From contig CAWDML010000001.1 of assembly GCA_963803435.1 (NCBI GenBank), positions 3,200,001 to 3,264,000 on the forward strand: a stretch of 64,000 nucleotides of DNA. Direction: 5' to 3'. The translations under genes and the position numbers were made by a program. Of this stretch, positions 9,966 to 21,070 are shown in pieces (position 1 is the first letter of the stretch; each line of letters opens with the position of its first letter). The notes under the pieces are model-generated. The model saw nothing but the letters and a program-made list of their open reading frames with translations, did not search any database and was not told the origin of the DNA. This DNA comes from an uncultured delta proteobacterium. GTDB taxonomy: Bacteria; Myxococcota; Kuafuiibacteriia; Kuafuiibacteriales; Kuafuiibacteriaceae.

Positions 9966-10963
9966 TGAGCCGCGTGATCACACTCTCGCTGTTGCTGACC
10001 AGCTTCTCTACGGGCTGCTTTCAGGAGCTCGACAGTGGAGCTGCCGACGAGTTCGCGGAGCCGCAGGAGCGCGACCCCAACGCCGGACCGACGACCGCAC
10101 TCGAAGATCCCACGATCGGGCTCGATCTCGATGACGAGGGCCTCACCACCGACGACCCCTGCGTCAAGGTCAAGCAGGATGCCCACGCGGTCCTCGGCAC
10201 CTACTGCGCGACCTGCCACGATCAGGGCGACGCCAGCAGCGGCGTCCCGAAGTTCGACTTCGTGATGGATGAGCAGCGCCTGACGCAGGAGACCTGGACA
10301 GTGGGCGCGGAGAGCCGCCGGTTTTTGGTTCCGGGCGATCCGGACAGCTCTTGGCTCTATCTCCGACCGCTGCTCGGCACGATGCCGCCGATCCAGACCG
10401 ACCTCCGCAACGCCGACGCGCCCCGTCCCACGATCAGCGATCTGTCCGTGCTTCGAGAGTGGATCACCACCTGCGTGGGCCCGCCGCGGGTCGATCCTCC
10501 AGATCAGCCGGCCCTCGACGATGCTCGCTTCAACTTCGAGGCGGACACCCAGGGATGGATCGGGCTCCCCGAGGAGGTCGGTGAGGGCGGCTTCATGCAG
10601 GTCTCGACCAGCATGACGGAGCAGTTCTCCGGAAGCGCGTCTCTCGCCGGCTCGATCACCTCCACCGGTACGGCCGAGTACTGGATGATGGTCCAGGACC
10701 CGGGCGCGATCCCCGCCGGCACCCGAGTGACGTTCCACGTCTTCCTGCCGCCCGAGGCGCAGATCCGCTCGCTCGAGCCGTACGTCACCGACGCGGCCGG
10801 CGTGTACACCGCGTCGATGTGGATGTATCCGCAGACCGGAGCCTGGACGACGCTCACCGTGATGGTGCCCGACGACGCCGTGACCATTACGTCTCTCGGC
10901 ATCGAGTTCTGGACGGAAGGAACCTGGAACGGAACTGTCTACCTCGACAGTGTGGATTGGTAG
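9965..10963 (+). CDS. Lipoprotein with c-type heme domain and C-terminal carbohydrate-binding-like beta-sandwich
   Basis: Lipobox FSTGC. CATCH followed by LVPGDPDSSWLY...MPP...LREWI (planctomycete cytochrome c-like). Second domain FNFEADTQGW...GAWTTLTV...LGIEF...VYLDSVDW. TGATG overlap with the upstream gene. Confidence 0.75.
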   Translation: MSRVITLSLLLTSFSTGCFQELDSGAADEFAEPQERDPNAGPTTALEDPTIGLDLDDEGLTTDDPCVKVKQDAHAVLGTYCATCHDQGDASSGVPKFDFVMDEQRLTQETWTVGAESRRFLVPGDPDSSWLYLRPLLGTMPPIQTDLRNADAPRPTISDLSVLREWITTCVGPPRVDPPDQPALDDARFNFEADTQGWIGLPEEVGEGGFMQVSTSMTEQFSGSASLAGSITSTGTAEYWMMVQDPGAIPAGTRVTFHVFLPPEAQIRSLEPYVTDAAGVYTASMWMYPQTGAWTTLTVMVPDDAVTITSLGIEFWTEGTWNGTVYLDSVDW

Positions 10964-10971
10964 CGAAACCC

Positions 10972-12531
10972 ATGAACGCACCCCGCTCAGCCCTACTCCC
11001 ACTCGGATGCACGCTGCTCTTGTCGTGCTCCGATCCCTTCCCCTTCGACCACACGCCGATGGAGGAGGAGGAGGAAGAGATCTGTCAGGCGAGCCCCGAC
11101 TGGCTCGAGGATCCGGCGGGCACGCCGCCGCTCGATCTCTTCCTTCCCCTGCCGCACCCGGCCGGTGAGTGCCCGTTCTATCGCGGGGGCTGGCAGAACT
11201 TCCTGTACGCCCTCCAGCCGGACGACCAGGGCCGTCCCGCCTTGCTCTCCTATCCGACGATCGAGACCGTCTTCACGCCGGCGATCCCGCACGGACCGAA
11301 CCGCGCCTACCTGGGCGACATCAAGCAGGCGGGCGGCCGTCAGATACTCATCGATCAGAACGGCAACAGCCTCTTCTACGCGATCCACGTCAACCAGGCG
11401 TTCGCCGACTTCATCCACGAGAACGAGCTGGACACGGCCGAGGCCCTGCGCGCCTATCCGAGCGATCCGGTGAAGTCGAAGCTGTTCTTCCCTGCGGGCG
11501 TGGTCGAGTTCAAGTCCGCGTGGCAGATCGTCGAAGGGGACATCGCCGCGGAGACCGAAGACTACATTAGCATGACCACCACGGTGCCGACGCTCAGTCA
11601 GGACCCGGTCACGCGCGTGATCCACGAGGACAAGGAGAATCCGCGCGAGGTCACGGTCCGGCTGCTCGCCATCCACGTGGTCTTCACGCTCCCGGGTCAT
11701 CCGGAGTTCATCTGGGCGTCGTTCGAGCACAGCAGCGGCACGCCGGACACCTCGGCGGTCGACGGTCAACGCGATGTGGCGCCGATCGTCCCCGACGACA
11801 AGAACCCGAGCGACGACGATCCGAACAACTCGAGGAACATGGTCGAGGTGAGCCCGGACGACTTCCTGCTCTACAAGGGGCACACCACCGCCAACGCGGC
11901 CAACAAGGCCATCGACGAGACGCAGCTGACGCTGGTGGGGCAGAGCTTCCCCGGACAGCAGACCTCGATCTACCGCATGTTCCCGGCGTCCAAGTCGAAC
12001 ACCATCGACCCGGATGACGCGATCACGTCCCTCAACCACAACGTGGAGGCCCTCTTCGCGCGAAACGAAGGCAAGCTGAAGCCGGGCGACAAGCGCGGAC
12101 ACTACCGGCTGGTCGGCGCCCAGTGGATGGATAAGCCGCGATTCTACAAGGTCGACAGCGCGCTCCAGAACGACGAGACCTCACCGTTCCTCAAGGATCA
12201 CTACGAGGACGGCGTGCTGGTCCCTGCGGTCAGCTTCGAAGAGCTCAAGCAGGACGTCATCGAGAACGGCGGCGACGCCGCGCTGTCGATCCTCGCCGGT
12301 GAGGATCGACTCTCGAGCACCGCGATGGAGTCCTTCACGCAGGGTCCGGGCGACTTCAACAACTGCTTCACCTGTCACAACACGCAGGCGATCACCGCGA
12401 AGGGCGTGCCGTTGAACCGTGACCTGGGCGGCCAGAAGCTCATCGACGCGGGCCTGCTGAACGTCAGCCACGTGATCACGCAGTTCCTCCTCGAAGAGTC
12501 CGAGGCGGAGGCCGCAGCCTCAGGGAATTGA
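10972..12531 (+). CDS. Lipoprotein with C-terminal single c-type heme motif (uncharacterised cytochrome c family)
   Basis: Lipobox LLLSC, motifs EFKSAW, LAIHVV, FIWASFEH, LVGAQW, LSSTAMESFTQ and NCFTCH. Confidence 0.7.
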   Translation: MNAPRSALLPLGCTLLLSCSDPFPFDHTPMEEEEEEICQASPDWLEDPAGTPPLDLFLPLPHPAGECPFYRGGWQNFLYALQPDDQGRPALLSYPTIETVFTPAIPHGPNRAYLGDIKQAGGRQILIDQNGNSLFYAIHVNQAFADFIHENELDTAEALRAYPSDPVKSKLFFPAGVVEFKSAWQIVEGDIAAETEDYISMTTTVPTLSQDPVTRVIHEDKENPREVTVRLLAIHVVFTLPGHPEFIWASFEHSSGTPDTSAVDGQRDVAPIVPDDKNPSDDDPNNSRNMVEVSPDDFLLYKGHTTANAANKAIDETQLTLVGQSFPGQQTSIYRMFPASKSNTIDPDDAITSLNHNVEALFARNEGKLKPGDKRGHYRLVGAQWMDKPRFYKVDSALQNDETSPFLKDHYEDGVLVPAVSFEELKQDVIENGGDAALSILAGEDRLSSTAMESFTQGPGDFNNCFTCHNTQAITAKGVPLNRDLGGQKLIDAGLLNVSHVITQFLLEESEAEAAASGN

Positions 12532-12624
12532 TGCACCGAGTCGCGGCGGCGCCGGCCCGCGCGGCGAGCGCCGCGAAGATCATTTCTATCCCAACCTCGG
12601 CCAACTCGGCTACCGTCCCGCGCC

Positions 12625-14257
12625 ATGCGAGCATCCTGGCTCCTCCTCACCCTGACCTGCTGCGCCGGGCCGGGCGCGTCCGAGAAGGTCGACACGGGCA
12701 AGACGGTCGAGACACCACCGCCACCGCTGTCGACGCTGTGCGGCCAGACCGACGCCTTTCGCCGCGCCTCCCCTCGAGACGCTACGCCCGCGGAGGTCGC
12801 GGGCGCCTACGTGAAGACGTGCGGGATGGAGGAGACGATCGCGCTGACGACCGACCTGGTGCGATTTCCAACCGTGAGTGCGAACGAGCGCGCGGCCGAC
12901 GGTCCCGCGTTCGCGGCGATGGCCGACTACCTGAAGGGCTGGGCCGAGCAGCACGGGATGCGCTTCGAGGTCTACGGCAAGAACGACGCCTGGGAGATCC
13001 ACCTCGGCGCGGGCGACCCACTGGTGGACTTCGTGATGCACGCCGACGTGGTGCCGGCCAACCCGGCCGAGTGGAAGAGCCCGCCGTTCGAGGCGAAGCG
13101 GGACGGGGAGACGTTGTACGGTCGCGGCACCGAGGACGACAAGGGCCCGATCGCCGCGGTGCTGGTGACGATGGCGACGCTCCAGCGCTTCGGTGTCCCG
13201 CTGCCGGGACGGATCCGCGCCGTGATGGGCACGGGCGAGGAGCACGACTGGGACGGCATGACCGCATACGCGAAGGAGAAGCCGCACGCGAAGTACGTCA
13301 TCTCTCTGGACGCCGGCTATCCCGTGGTGGTGGCGGAGAGCGGCTTCGTCGCCTGGTTGCTGTCCGCGCCGACGACCTCCAAGGCGAAGAAGAGGCGAGG
13401 CTGCGCAGAGGTGACCTCGACCGAGATCGGAGAGTTCCTCACCGTCGTTCCAGGCGAGGCGAAGATGACGCTGGCCGGCGTGAAGAGACCGGCGCTCGAC
13501 TCCGCGATCGCCAAGGTGAAGACGGACGAGTTCACCTTCGAGGTGAAGGAGGACGGCGCCGCGCTTCAGGTGATCGTGAAGGGCGAGGCGATCCACTCCT
13601 CGGAGGCGGATCACGGAAAGAACGCGTTCTGGGGGCTCTCGCGCGTGGCGTCGGCGCTCGATCTCTGTCCCGGCGGCGTCGCCACGATGATGAAGGTGGT
13701 GGCCACGCACCTCGACGGCGACCACTGGGGGGAGAAGCTCGGCCTCCAGTACGAGCACCCGCTCATGGGGAAGCTGCTGGTCACGCCGACGCTGTTGCGC
13801 ACCGAAGGTGATCGCGTAGTCCTGTCCGTGAACATGCGCCGTCCCGCCGGCAAGACCTCCAAGGAGTTCGAGGCCGACCTGGACCGGGCATTCGCCAAGC
13901 TGAAGAAGGAGGTGTCGAAGGATTCTGGTGCAGTTGACCGACCGCCGCTTCGTCGGCGAGGCCGCCATCGCAGACACCAGCGGTCCCCTGGTGTCGACGC
14001 TGCTCGACGTCTACGCCAGGGAGACCGGCGAGAAGGACCCGAAGGGCATCTCGATCCGGGGCGGTACCTACGCGCGCCTCTTTCCCGGCGCGGTCTCGTT
14101 CGGCCCCTCCCTCCCCGGGCGCCCGTACAAGGGGCACGCACCCGACGAGTACATCGAGCTCGACGCGCTCTCGCTGGTGGGTCGGACCACGCTGGACGCG
14201 GTGCTTCAGCTCGCCTCGGCCGGCGCGATCTCGAGCAAGGTACCGAGCAGTCCGTAG
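12625..14257 (+). CDS. M20 family (Sapep/PepV-like) metallo-dipeptidase, lipoprotein; +1 frameshift near 13923
   Basis: HADVVP, GRGTEDDKGP, GTGEE, SLDAGYP. C-terminal GGTYAR and HAPDEY lie in ORF 13928..14257. Confidence 0.88.
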
Positions 14258-14419
14258 AGCTTCGACGAAGAGCGGCCCGGTCATCGGCGTGAACGTGATC
14301 CGCGGATCGGGCGCGGCGACGAAGTGAGGGGGACGGACCCTTCGGGGCGAAGAGATTATCGGGCGAACGGCACTGGACGTGTTGGGGATCTGTGGAGGGG
14401 CGCGCGCGATGGAGGGTGG

Positions 14420-15832
14420 CTACTGAGCGACGTAGCCCTGCGTGACGACCGCGGTCGCGCCGCCGGCGTCGACGACCTCGAGCCGGAACGTGTGCGGTCC
14501 GAAGCTCTCGAGCATGTACAGCGGGCTGATCGGCGTGGTCGTGACGTCCTGGGGCGGCAGGCCCGTGGCGCGGTAGTCGCTCCACCATCGGTACTGGACG
14601 ATGTTGCCGGTGCTGCAGCTCCCGTCGCCCTGGACGCGCAGCGCCGACGGCTGCGTGAGGGAGACGCACGCGGTCAGGCCGCCCGCCTGCACCGCGACGG
14701 AGACGGCCGTGACGAGCTGCGTGTTGTTCGCGTCCGTGACCACCACGTTGTAGGTCGTGTTCATCGTCGGCGTCGCCACCGGGTCTTGGACCGTCGAGTC
14801 ATCGAGGCTGGCGGCCGGGGCCCAGTCGAAGGCGTACGGCGGTGAGCCGCCGGTGACCGCGACGTCGAGCTGCGTGCCCGCACCCGCCAGGATGGTGGAC
14901 GGGTTCGCCGAAGCGGTCGCCTGGAGCCGGACGTCGACGACGATGCTCGCCATCGCGGAGGCGCCGAAGAAGTCCGTCACGGTGACCGTATAGGTGGTGC
15001 GCACGGACGGCGCGGCGATCGGTGCGGCGATGTTCGCGGCGCTGAGCGAAGCGGCCGGAGTCCACGCATACGAGTACGGCGGCGTACCGCCCGCAACCTG
15101 CACGGAGAGGTTCGACGTCTGACCCGCGTTGATCACCGCGGGGCTCGCCGCCGCCGTCAGTCCGATCCCGACGTTGACGATCATCGCGCCGCTCACCTGC
15201 GCGCCGCTACTGTCCGTGACCACGACCGTGTACTGCGTCGACACGGGCGGCGTCGCGACCGGGTTCGCGACGTCGCTCGCGCTCAGCGTGCCGGCCGGCA
15301 ACCACGCGTACGAGTACGGTGGCTGACCGCCCGTCGCGCTCGCATTGAGCTGCGACGATCCGCCGGGCGCAACCGAGCTCGGTGACGCCGAGACGGTGGC
15401 AGCGAGCGGAGTCGTTCCGATGGTGACGCGGAACGTTCCCACTCCGCTGTCGGTCGGCGTCGAATAGAAGAAGTCGACCGGCTCACCGACCAACGTCGCC
15501 ACGTGAGTGTCGGCGCAGAGGAAGCGCGTTCGCGGACTCCGTTGGGTCTGGATGAAGAGACCGTTCGGCGGATCACACAGACGGAATCCATCGAGACGAT
15601 CCCACTGATGCGTCCCGCATGGATTCGTGAGCTCGACGCATCCGCCTGGGTCGAGATTGAGAGACACTTGATCGCAAGTCAGCGTCGGCGGATCGCCGTC
15701 GCACGCCGGCCGATTACCGGCGAACACCACGGCGGAGCCGACGGCGAAACACACGAGGGCGAACCTTCGCGGGTCCTTTCTCTTGGAATTCTGCTGCACC
15801 TTGAACCTCCCGGACGTCTCAAAGTCTAACAC
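14420..15832 (-). CDS. Secreted Ig-like repeat (SprB/PKD-type) surface protein
   Basis: Three ~80-aa repeats with GG.PPY...W.PA..L....A.P.A.P...T.Y.V.VTD, a hydrophobic N-terminal segment, and a PKD-like C-terminal domain. Confidence 0.7.
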   Translation of the reverse strand: MLDFETSGRFKVQQNSKRKDPRRFALVCFAVGSAVVFAGNRPACDGDPPTLTCDQVSLNLDPGGCVELTNPCGTHQWDRLDGFRLCDPPNGLFIQTQRSPRTRFLCADTHVATLVGEPVDFFYSTPTDSGVGTFRVTIGTTPLAATVSASPSSVAPGGSSQLNASATGGQPPYSYAWLPAGTLSASDVANPVATPPVSTQYTVVVTDSSGAQVSGAMIVNVGIGLTAAASPAVINAGQTSNLSVQVAGGTPPYSYAWTPAASLSAANIAAPIAAPSVRTTYTVTVTDFFGASAMASIVVDVRLQATASANPSTILAGAGTQLDVAVTGGSPPYAFDWAPAASLDDSTVQDPVATPTMNTTYNVVVTDANNTQLVTAVSVAVQAGGLTACVSLTQPSALRVQGDGSCSTGNIVQYRWWSDYRATGLPPQDVTTTPISPLYMLESFGPHTFRLEVVDAGGATAVVTQGYVAQ

Positions 15833-16125
15833 TCCGAACCGACGATCGATCTCTCGGTGCGAAGATCATTTTCCGATGTCGCATTGATGAGCATGGCATG
15901 CGCTGCCGATCCTCCTCACTCGCTCCGCAAGTTATCTTGCAAACCGCATCGCCGCGATCCCGCGCTCGCAAGACGGTGCGATCTGCGCTGCGGGCACCAG
16001 GTCCAGCGGTCCCTACATCCGAACGCGCGCAAAGGGAGAGAGCGGTCACAGGTGACGCTCCCGGCGGCGCTCGCGCGCGGCCTTCGACCGATGCCCGCGC
16101 ACGTCCTCCTCGCTATCTTCTGCCC

Positions 16126-18529
16126 ATGAAGCGCGCTCTCCTGCTGCTCGCGCTGACGATCGGTTGCGGGGACAGCCAGCCCGAGCCATTGACGATCGGC
16201 AGCGGCGAGGACGTCGTGCGGGCAGCGGCGGACGGATCGTGGATCGAGCTCATGCGCGGCGACGAGGTGCTGCTTCGCTTCGCCTCGGACGCCTTCGAGA
16301 TCGGCGTGGTCGATCGTCTGGACGAGGATGCCAGCTATGATCCGTTCTGGCTGATTTACGAGGACCAGCTCTTTCAACCGCAGCCCCCGGCGAGCCTGCG
16401 CTGGCGCAGCGTGGAGAGCACCACCGCCAAGGTCGAGGACGGCAAGCTCACGATCGATCAGACCTACGCAGGATCACTTTCGGCCCAGCTCGAGATCACG
16501 CCCGCGGCGGAGGGCCGCTTCGAGGCCCGGTGGGTGCCGCGTTCACAGGCGGCCATCGCATGGATGAGGCTGCGCCCCCGCGCCGACCCGGAGGAGGCCT
16601 TCTACGGGCTCGGCGAGCTCCTCGACGACGTCAACCAGCGCGGCAAGCTGCGGCCGATGCAGCTCGAGCCCGACCTGATGCTCGAGGGTGCGAGCAACGA
16701 GCAGCACGTCCCGGTACCGCTCCTCATCGGTACCAAGGGATGGGGGCTCTTCGTTCAGAGCCGGCGCCTCGGCCTCTTCGACGTGGCCCGGTCGGAGCCC
16801 GACCTGCTGGAGGTGACGTATGGGACGCGCGAGGAGAGCGCGCTCGGTCTCACCTTTCACCTCTTCCTGGCGGAGCATCCACTCGACATCACCAAGCTCT
16901 ACTACGACGTGACTGGTCCCCCGCGCCTCCCAGCGCAGTGGGCATACGGTCCGCTCATCTGGCGCAACGAAGACCGGGATCAGGCGGAGGTCGAGGAGGA
17001 CATCCGCATGATCCGCGACCTCGACCTGGCGACGTCGGCGATTCTGGATTGATCGACCCTACGCCTCGGCCGTCAACACCTTCGACTTCGATCCGGCGCG
17101 GTACCCGGATCCGCAGGGCATGATCGACCGGGCCCACGCCGCCGGCCTGCGGATGGCGCTGTGGCACACGCCCTATCTCGAGGAGGCGGCCACCACGCTG
17201 CGGGCGGAGGCGGTCTCGCAGGGCTTCTTCCCGCCGCGCACCGGGCTTCGGCTCAACAGCTGGAGCGAGCCGATCGACTTCACGAATTCGGACGCGTTCG
17301 ACTGGTGGCAGGGCCTGATCCGCCGTTACACCGACATGGGCATCGAAGGCTTCAAGCTCGACTTCGGTGAAGACTTGGTCGCGGGCATCGGCGGCGCCCG
17401 CACGCCCTGGGAGTTCCAGGACGGCAGCACCGAGCTGACGATGCACTACGGCTTCACGCTGCTGTACCACCGAGCCTACGCCGAGACGCTCCCGTCGAAC
17501 GGCGGCTTTCTGCTGTGCCGCGCGGGGCGATGGGGCGACCAGCGAAACGTCTCCGTGATCTGGCCCGGCGACCTCGACGCCACCTTCGCCGCGCACCGCG
17601 CCCGCGAGACCGGTCGGGACGGTGGCAGCTACAACGCCGTCGGGGGCCTGCCGGCCAGCGTGATCATGGGCCTGACGTTGGGCCCCTCCGGCTTCCCGTT
17701 CTTCGGCGCCGACACCGGCGGCTACAAGCACAGCCCGCCGGACGAGGAGACCTACGTGCGCTGGTTCGAGCAGACCGCGCTGTCCACCGTGATGGAGGTC
17801 GGCGACAGCTCCAGCCAGCCCCCCTGGGTCTACACCGCCGAGAACGGGCGAGACGAGGACACGCTCGCGCTGTACCGCCGATACGCTCGGCTGCACCTGC
17901 GGCTGTTCCCGTACGTCTGGAGCTACGCGAAGCGCCTCGACGTCGACGGCCGCGCGATCCAACGCGCGCTCGGGCTCGCCCATCCCGAGCTCGGCGTGCA
18001 TCCCTCGGACGAGTACCTGATGGGCGACCACCTCCTGGTCGCTCCGGTGCTGGCTCGCGACGCCCGCGCGCGGACGGTCGTCTTCCCAGAAGGGGCCTGG
18101 TTCGACTGGTGGGACCTCGGCGTCCACTCGGGTGAGGAGACCGTCGAGGCGCCGCTGGAGAAGCTCCCGCTCTACCTTCGGGCGGGCGGGATCGTTCCGA
18201 TGCTCCGTCCGGCGATCGATACGCTGTCGCCTGCGACGGATCCCGAGGTGGAGAGCTACGCCGCCGACCCCGGCGTCCTGTTCGTTCGGATCGCGACGGG
18301 GCCGGCGTCGAGCTTCGAGCTGTACGACGGGACCCGGATCGAGCAGTCCGACGCGGGGATCGCGCTGGCCAGCGGCGGCGTCTTCACCTCGGGCTTCACG
18401 CTCGAGCTGATCGGTTATCCGCCGCCAGGCGTCGTCGAGATCGACGGCGGAGCCGCGGAGTGGACCGACGAGGACGGCCTGATCTCCGTGGCCGTCCCGG
18501 CCGGAGAACACCAGGTCACGGTGCGGTGA
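16126..18529 (+). CDS. Glycoside hydrolase family 31 lipoprotein; +1 frameshift near 17043
   Basis: Lipobox LTIGC, FYGLGE, restored AIWIDRPY, nucleophile FKLDFGE, acid/base [35 protein letters not shown]. Confidence 0.9.
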
Positions 18530-18533
18530 GCGA

Positions 18534-18971
18534 TCACCCGGTCCGGATCTGCTTCACCGCCTCGGCCACGTCCTTGCCGTCGACGACCGCGCCCTCGGAC
18601 TTGAGCGTCTTCATCGCCACACCGGTGGCCTGGCCGTCGCTCTTGGCCGCCTTGATGGCCTCCGAGACGCCCGCGAGCGCGCGCTGGATCTCCGCGATCG
18701 AGAGGGTCTTGGGGAGCAGGGCTTCGAGCACGCGGATCTCCTCCGCCAGCTTGGCCTTGCCTGCGGGATCGGTGCTGACGTCGATCGTCTCCTGATTCGA
18801 CTTGATCAGCTTCTTGACGATCTTCTGCGCCTCTTCGTCGGAGAGGGCCTGCCCGGCGCGCGCCTCGGCGCTCTGGATCTCGCCGAGCGCGGTCCTGAGG
18901 ACGTCGCGCTCGAGCTCGCGCTTGTCGCGCATGGCTTGCTTGATGTCTGCGCGGATCCGCTCGGTGAGCAT
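18534..18971 (-). CDS. GatB/YqeY domain-containing protein
   Basis: [13 protein letters not shown]...[26 protein letters not shown]...V. Confidence 0.85.
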   Translation of the reverse strand: MLTERIRADIKQAMRDKRELERDVLRTALGEIQSAEARAGQALSDEEAQKIVKKLIKSNQETIDVSTDPAGKAKLAEEIRVLEALLPKTLSIAEIQRALAGVSEAIKAAKSDGQATGVAMKTLKSEGAVVDGKDVAEAVKQIRTG

Positions 18972-19082
18972 AGGCGCTTGATATCAGAACGCGCGGATGC
19001 CGTGCAGAAATTTCCCCAGGCCCGCCAGCTTGACGCTGCCTGCGGCGGCGCTACCCCTTGGCGCAAGCGGAGGTTCTCTATT

Positions 19083-20978
19083 TTGGCATCCAAAAAAGTC
19101 ATCGGTATCGATCTGGGCACGACCAACTCGGTCGTCGCTGTCATGGAAGGAGGCGAGGCCAAGATCCTCGTCAACGACGAAGGAACACGAACCACACCTT
19201 CGGTCGTCGCCTGGACGGAGAAGGGCGAGGTTCTGGTGGGCGCCATCGCCCGGCGTCAGGCGATCACGAACCCGCAGCGCACTGTATTCAGCGTGAAGCG
19301 ATTCATGGGCATGAAGTTCGCGGACTCCAAGGAGGAGCTGAAGCGCGTGCCCTACGAGGTGGTCGGCGCGGCGAACGGAGACGCCCACATCAAGATCGGC
19401 GACAAGAGCTACGCACCGCCGGAGATCTCGGCGAAAATTCTGCAGAAGCTCAAGCGCGCCGCAGAGGCCCACCTCGGACACGAGGTCACCCAGGCCGTCA
19501 TCACCGTCCCCGCCTACTTCAACGACGCGCAGCGGCAGGCGACCAAGGACGCCGGCCGGATCGCGGGACTCGAGGTCCTGCGGATCATCAACGAGCCGAC
19601 GGCCGCGGCGCTCGCGTACGGGATCGACAAGAAGAAGGACGAGCTGATCGCGGTCTACGACTTCGGCGGCGGCACCTTCGACATCTCGGTCCTCGAGGTG
19701 GGCGACGGCGTGGTCGAGGTGGTCTCCACCAGCGGCGACACGCACCTGGGCGGCGACGATTTCGACAACCGCGTCATCCAGTGGCTGCTCGACGAGTTCC
19801 GGAAGGACACCGGTCTCGACGTCAGCAAGGACAAGATGGTCATGCAGCGGCTCAAGGAGGCTGCGGAGAAGGCGAAGATCGAGCTGTCGAACGCGTTCGA
19901 GACGGAGATCAACCTCCCCTTCCTCACTGCCGACGCGGGCGGGCCCAAGCACCTGCAGCTGAAGCTGACGCGCGCCAAGTTCGAGGCGATCATCCAGGAG
20001 CTGGTCGATCGCTCGTTCGAGGCGGTGAAGAAGGCGCTCGCGGACGCCGGCAAGAAGCCGACCGAGATCGACGAGGTCATCCTGGTGGGCGGATCGACGC
20101 GCGTCCCGATGATCCAGGAGCGGGTGGAGAAGTACTTCGGGCGGCAGCCGAACCGCAGCGTCAATCCGGACGAGGTGGTCGCAGCCGGCGCGGCGGTCCA
20201 GGGCGGCGTGCTCACCGGCGAGACGAAGGACGTAGTCCTCCTCGACGTGACGCCGCTGTCCCTCGGGATTGAGACCCTGGGCGGCGTGTTCACGCCGCTG
20301 ATCGCGCGGAACACGACGATCCCGACGAAGAAGTCGGAGACCTTCTCCACCGCGGCCGACAACCAGGCGAACGTCGAGGTACACGTGCTGCAGGGCGAGC
20401 GGAAGATGGCGACCGACAACAAGACGCTCGGCCGCTTCATGCTGGACGGCCTGCCCCCGGCGCCACGCGGGATGCCGCAGATCGAGGTCACCTTCGACAT
20501 CGACGCCAACGGGATCGTGCACGTCTTCGCGAAGGACAAAGCGACCGGTCGCGAGCAGTCGGTGCGCATCGAAGCGTCGTCAGGGCTCAGCGATCACGAC
20601 ATCGAACGGATGGTGCAGGACGCGGAGCGGCACCAGCAGGAGGACCAGGAGCGACGCGGGAAGGTCGAGGCGAAGAACAAGCTGGATCAGCTCGTCTACC
20701 AGGTGGAGCGCACGATGAACGACGCGAAGGACAAGCTCCCGGTCGACCTGGGACGCCAGGTCTCGGAAGCGCTGGAGAACGCGCGGTCGGCGCTCAAGAA
20801 GGACGATCAGAGCGCCTGGGAGCACGCCGAGGCCGAGCTGATGGCGGCCTCGAGCCGGATGGCGGAGCTGCTGTACCGCGGACAGGCGAACGCAGAGCAG
20901 GCGCCTCCGTCGGGCGGTGAGCCCGAGAAGAAGGGCGGCGACGACGTCATCGACGCGGACTTCACCGAAGCCGCCTAG
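19083..20978 (+). CDS. dnaK: Molecular chaperone DnaK
   Basis: [51 protein letters not shown]-terminal DVIDADF. Probable TTG start at 19083. Confidence 0.96.
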   Translation: MASKKVIGIDLGTTNSVVAVMEGGEAKILVNDEGTRTTPSVVAWTEKGEVLVGAIARRQAITNPQRTVFSVKRFMGMKFADSKEELKRVPYEVVGAANGDAHIKIGDKSYAPPEISAKILQKLKRAAEAHLGHEVTQAVITVPAYFNDAQRQATKDAGRIAGLEVLRIINEPTAAALAYGIDKKKDELIAVYDFGGGTFDISVLEVGDGVVEVVSTSGDTHLGGDDFDNRVIQWLLDEFRKDTGLDVSKDKMVMQRLKEAAEKAKIELSNAFETEINLPFLTADAGGPKHLQLKLTRAKFEAIIQELVDRSFEAVKKALADAGKKPTEIDEVILVGGSTRVPMIQERVEKYFGRQPNRSVNPDEVVAAGAAVQGGVLTGETKDVVLLDVTPLSLGIETLGGVFTPLIARNTTIPTKKSETFSTAADNQANVEVHVLQGERKMATDNKTLGRFMLDGLPPAPRGMPQIEVTFDIDANGIVHVFAKDKATGREQSVRIEASSGLSDHDIERMVQDAERHQQEDQERRGKVEAKNKLDQLVYQVERTMNDAKDKLPVDLGRQVSEALENARSALKKDDQSAWEHAEAELMAASSRMAELLYRGQANAEQAPPSGGEPEKKGGDDVIDADFTEAA

Positions 20979-21011
20979 GAGCGTGTAGCGCGTAAGCGCT
21001 CACGCGACCCC

Positions 21012-21047
21012 GGTCCGGGTCCCGGTCCCGGTCCCGGTCCGGGTCCC
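21012..21047 (+). repeat. GGTCC(C/G) x6 hexamer array in left end of IS copy 1
   Basis: ggtccg ggtccc ggtccc ggtccc ggtccg ggtccc. The inverted 5-unit counterpart is at about 22566-22595. Confidence 0.9.
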
Positions 21048-21070
21048 GATCTGAAGATGGCTGCCTTGAG

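Noticed and set aside
15858-15885. Imperfect palindrome TGCGA...TCGCA in the divergent intergenic region
   Set aside because: Short and imperfect, and not assignable to a regulator.
19083-20978. dnaK without adjacent grpE/dnaJ
   Set aside because: Multiple dispersed DnaK paralogues are normal in myxobacteria.
21012-21047. GGTCCC arrays as a CRISPR array or as coding GT/DR repeats
   Set aside because: These are 6-bp tandem units without spacers or cas genes. The GTGTGT/DRDRD peptides occur only in shadow ORFs crossing the IS ends.
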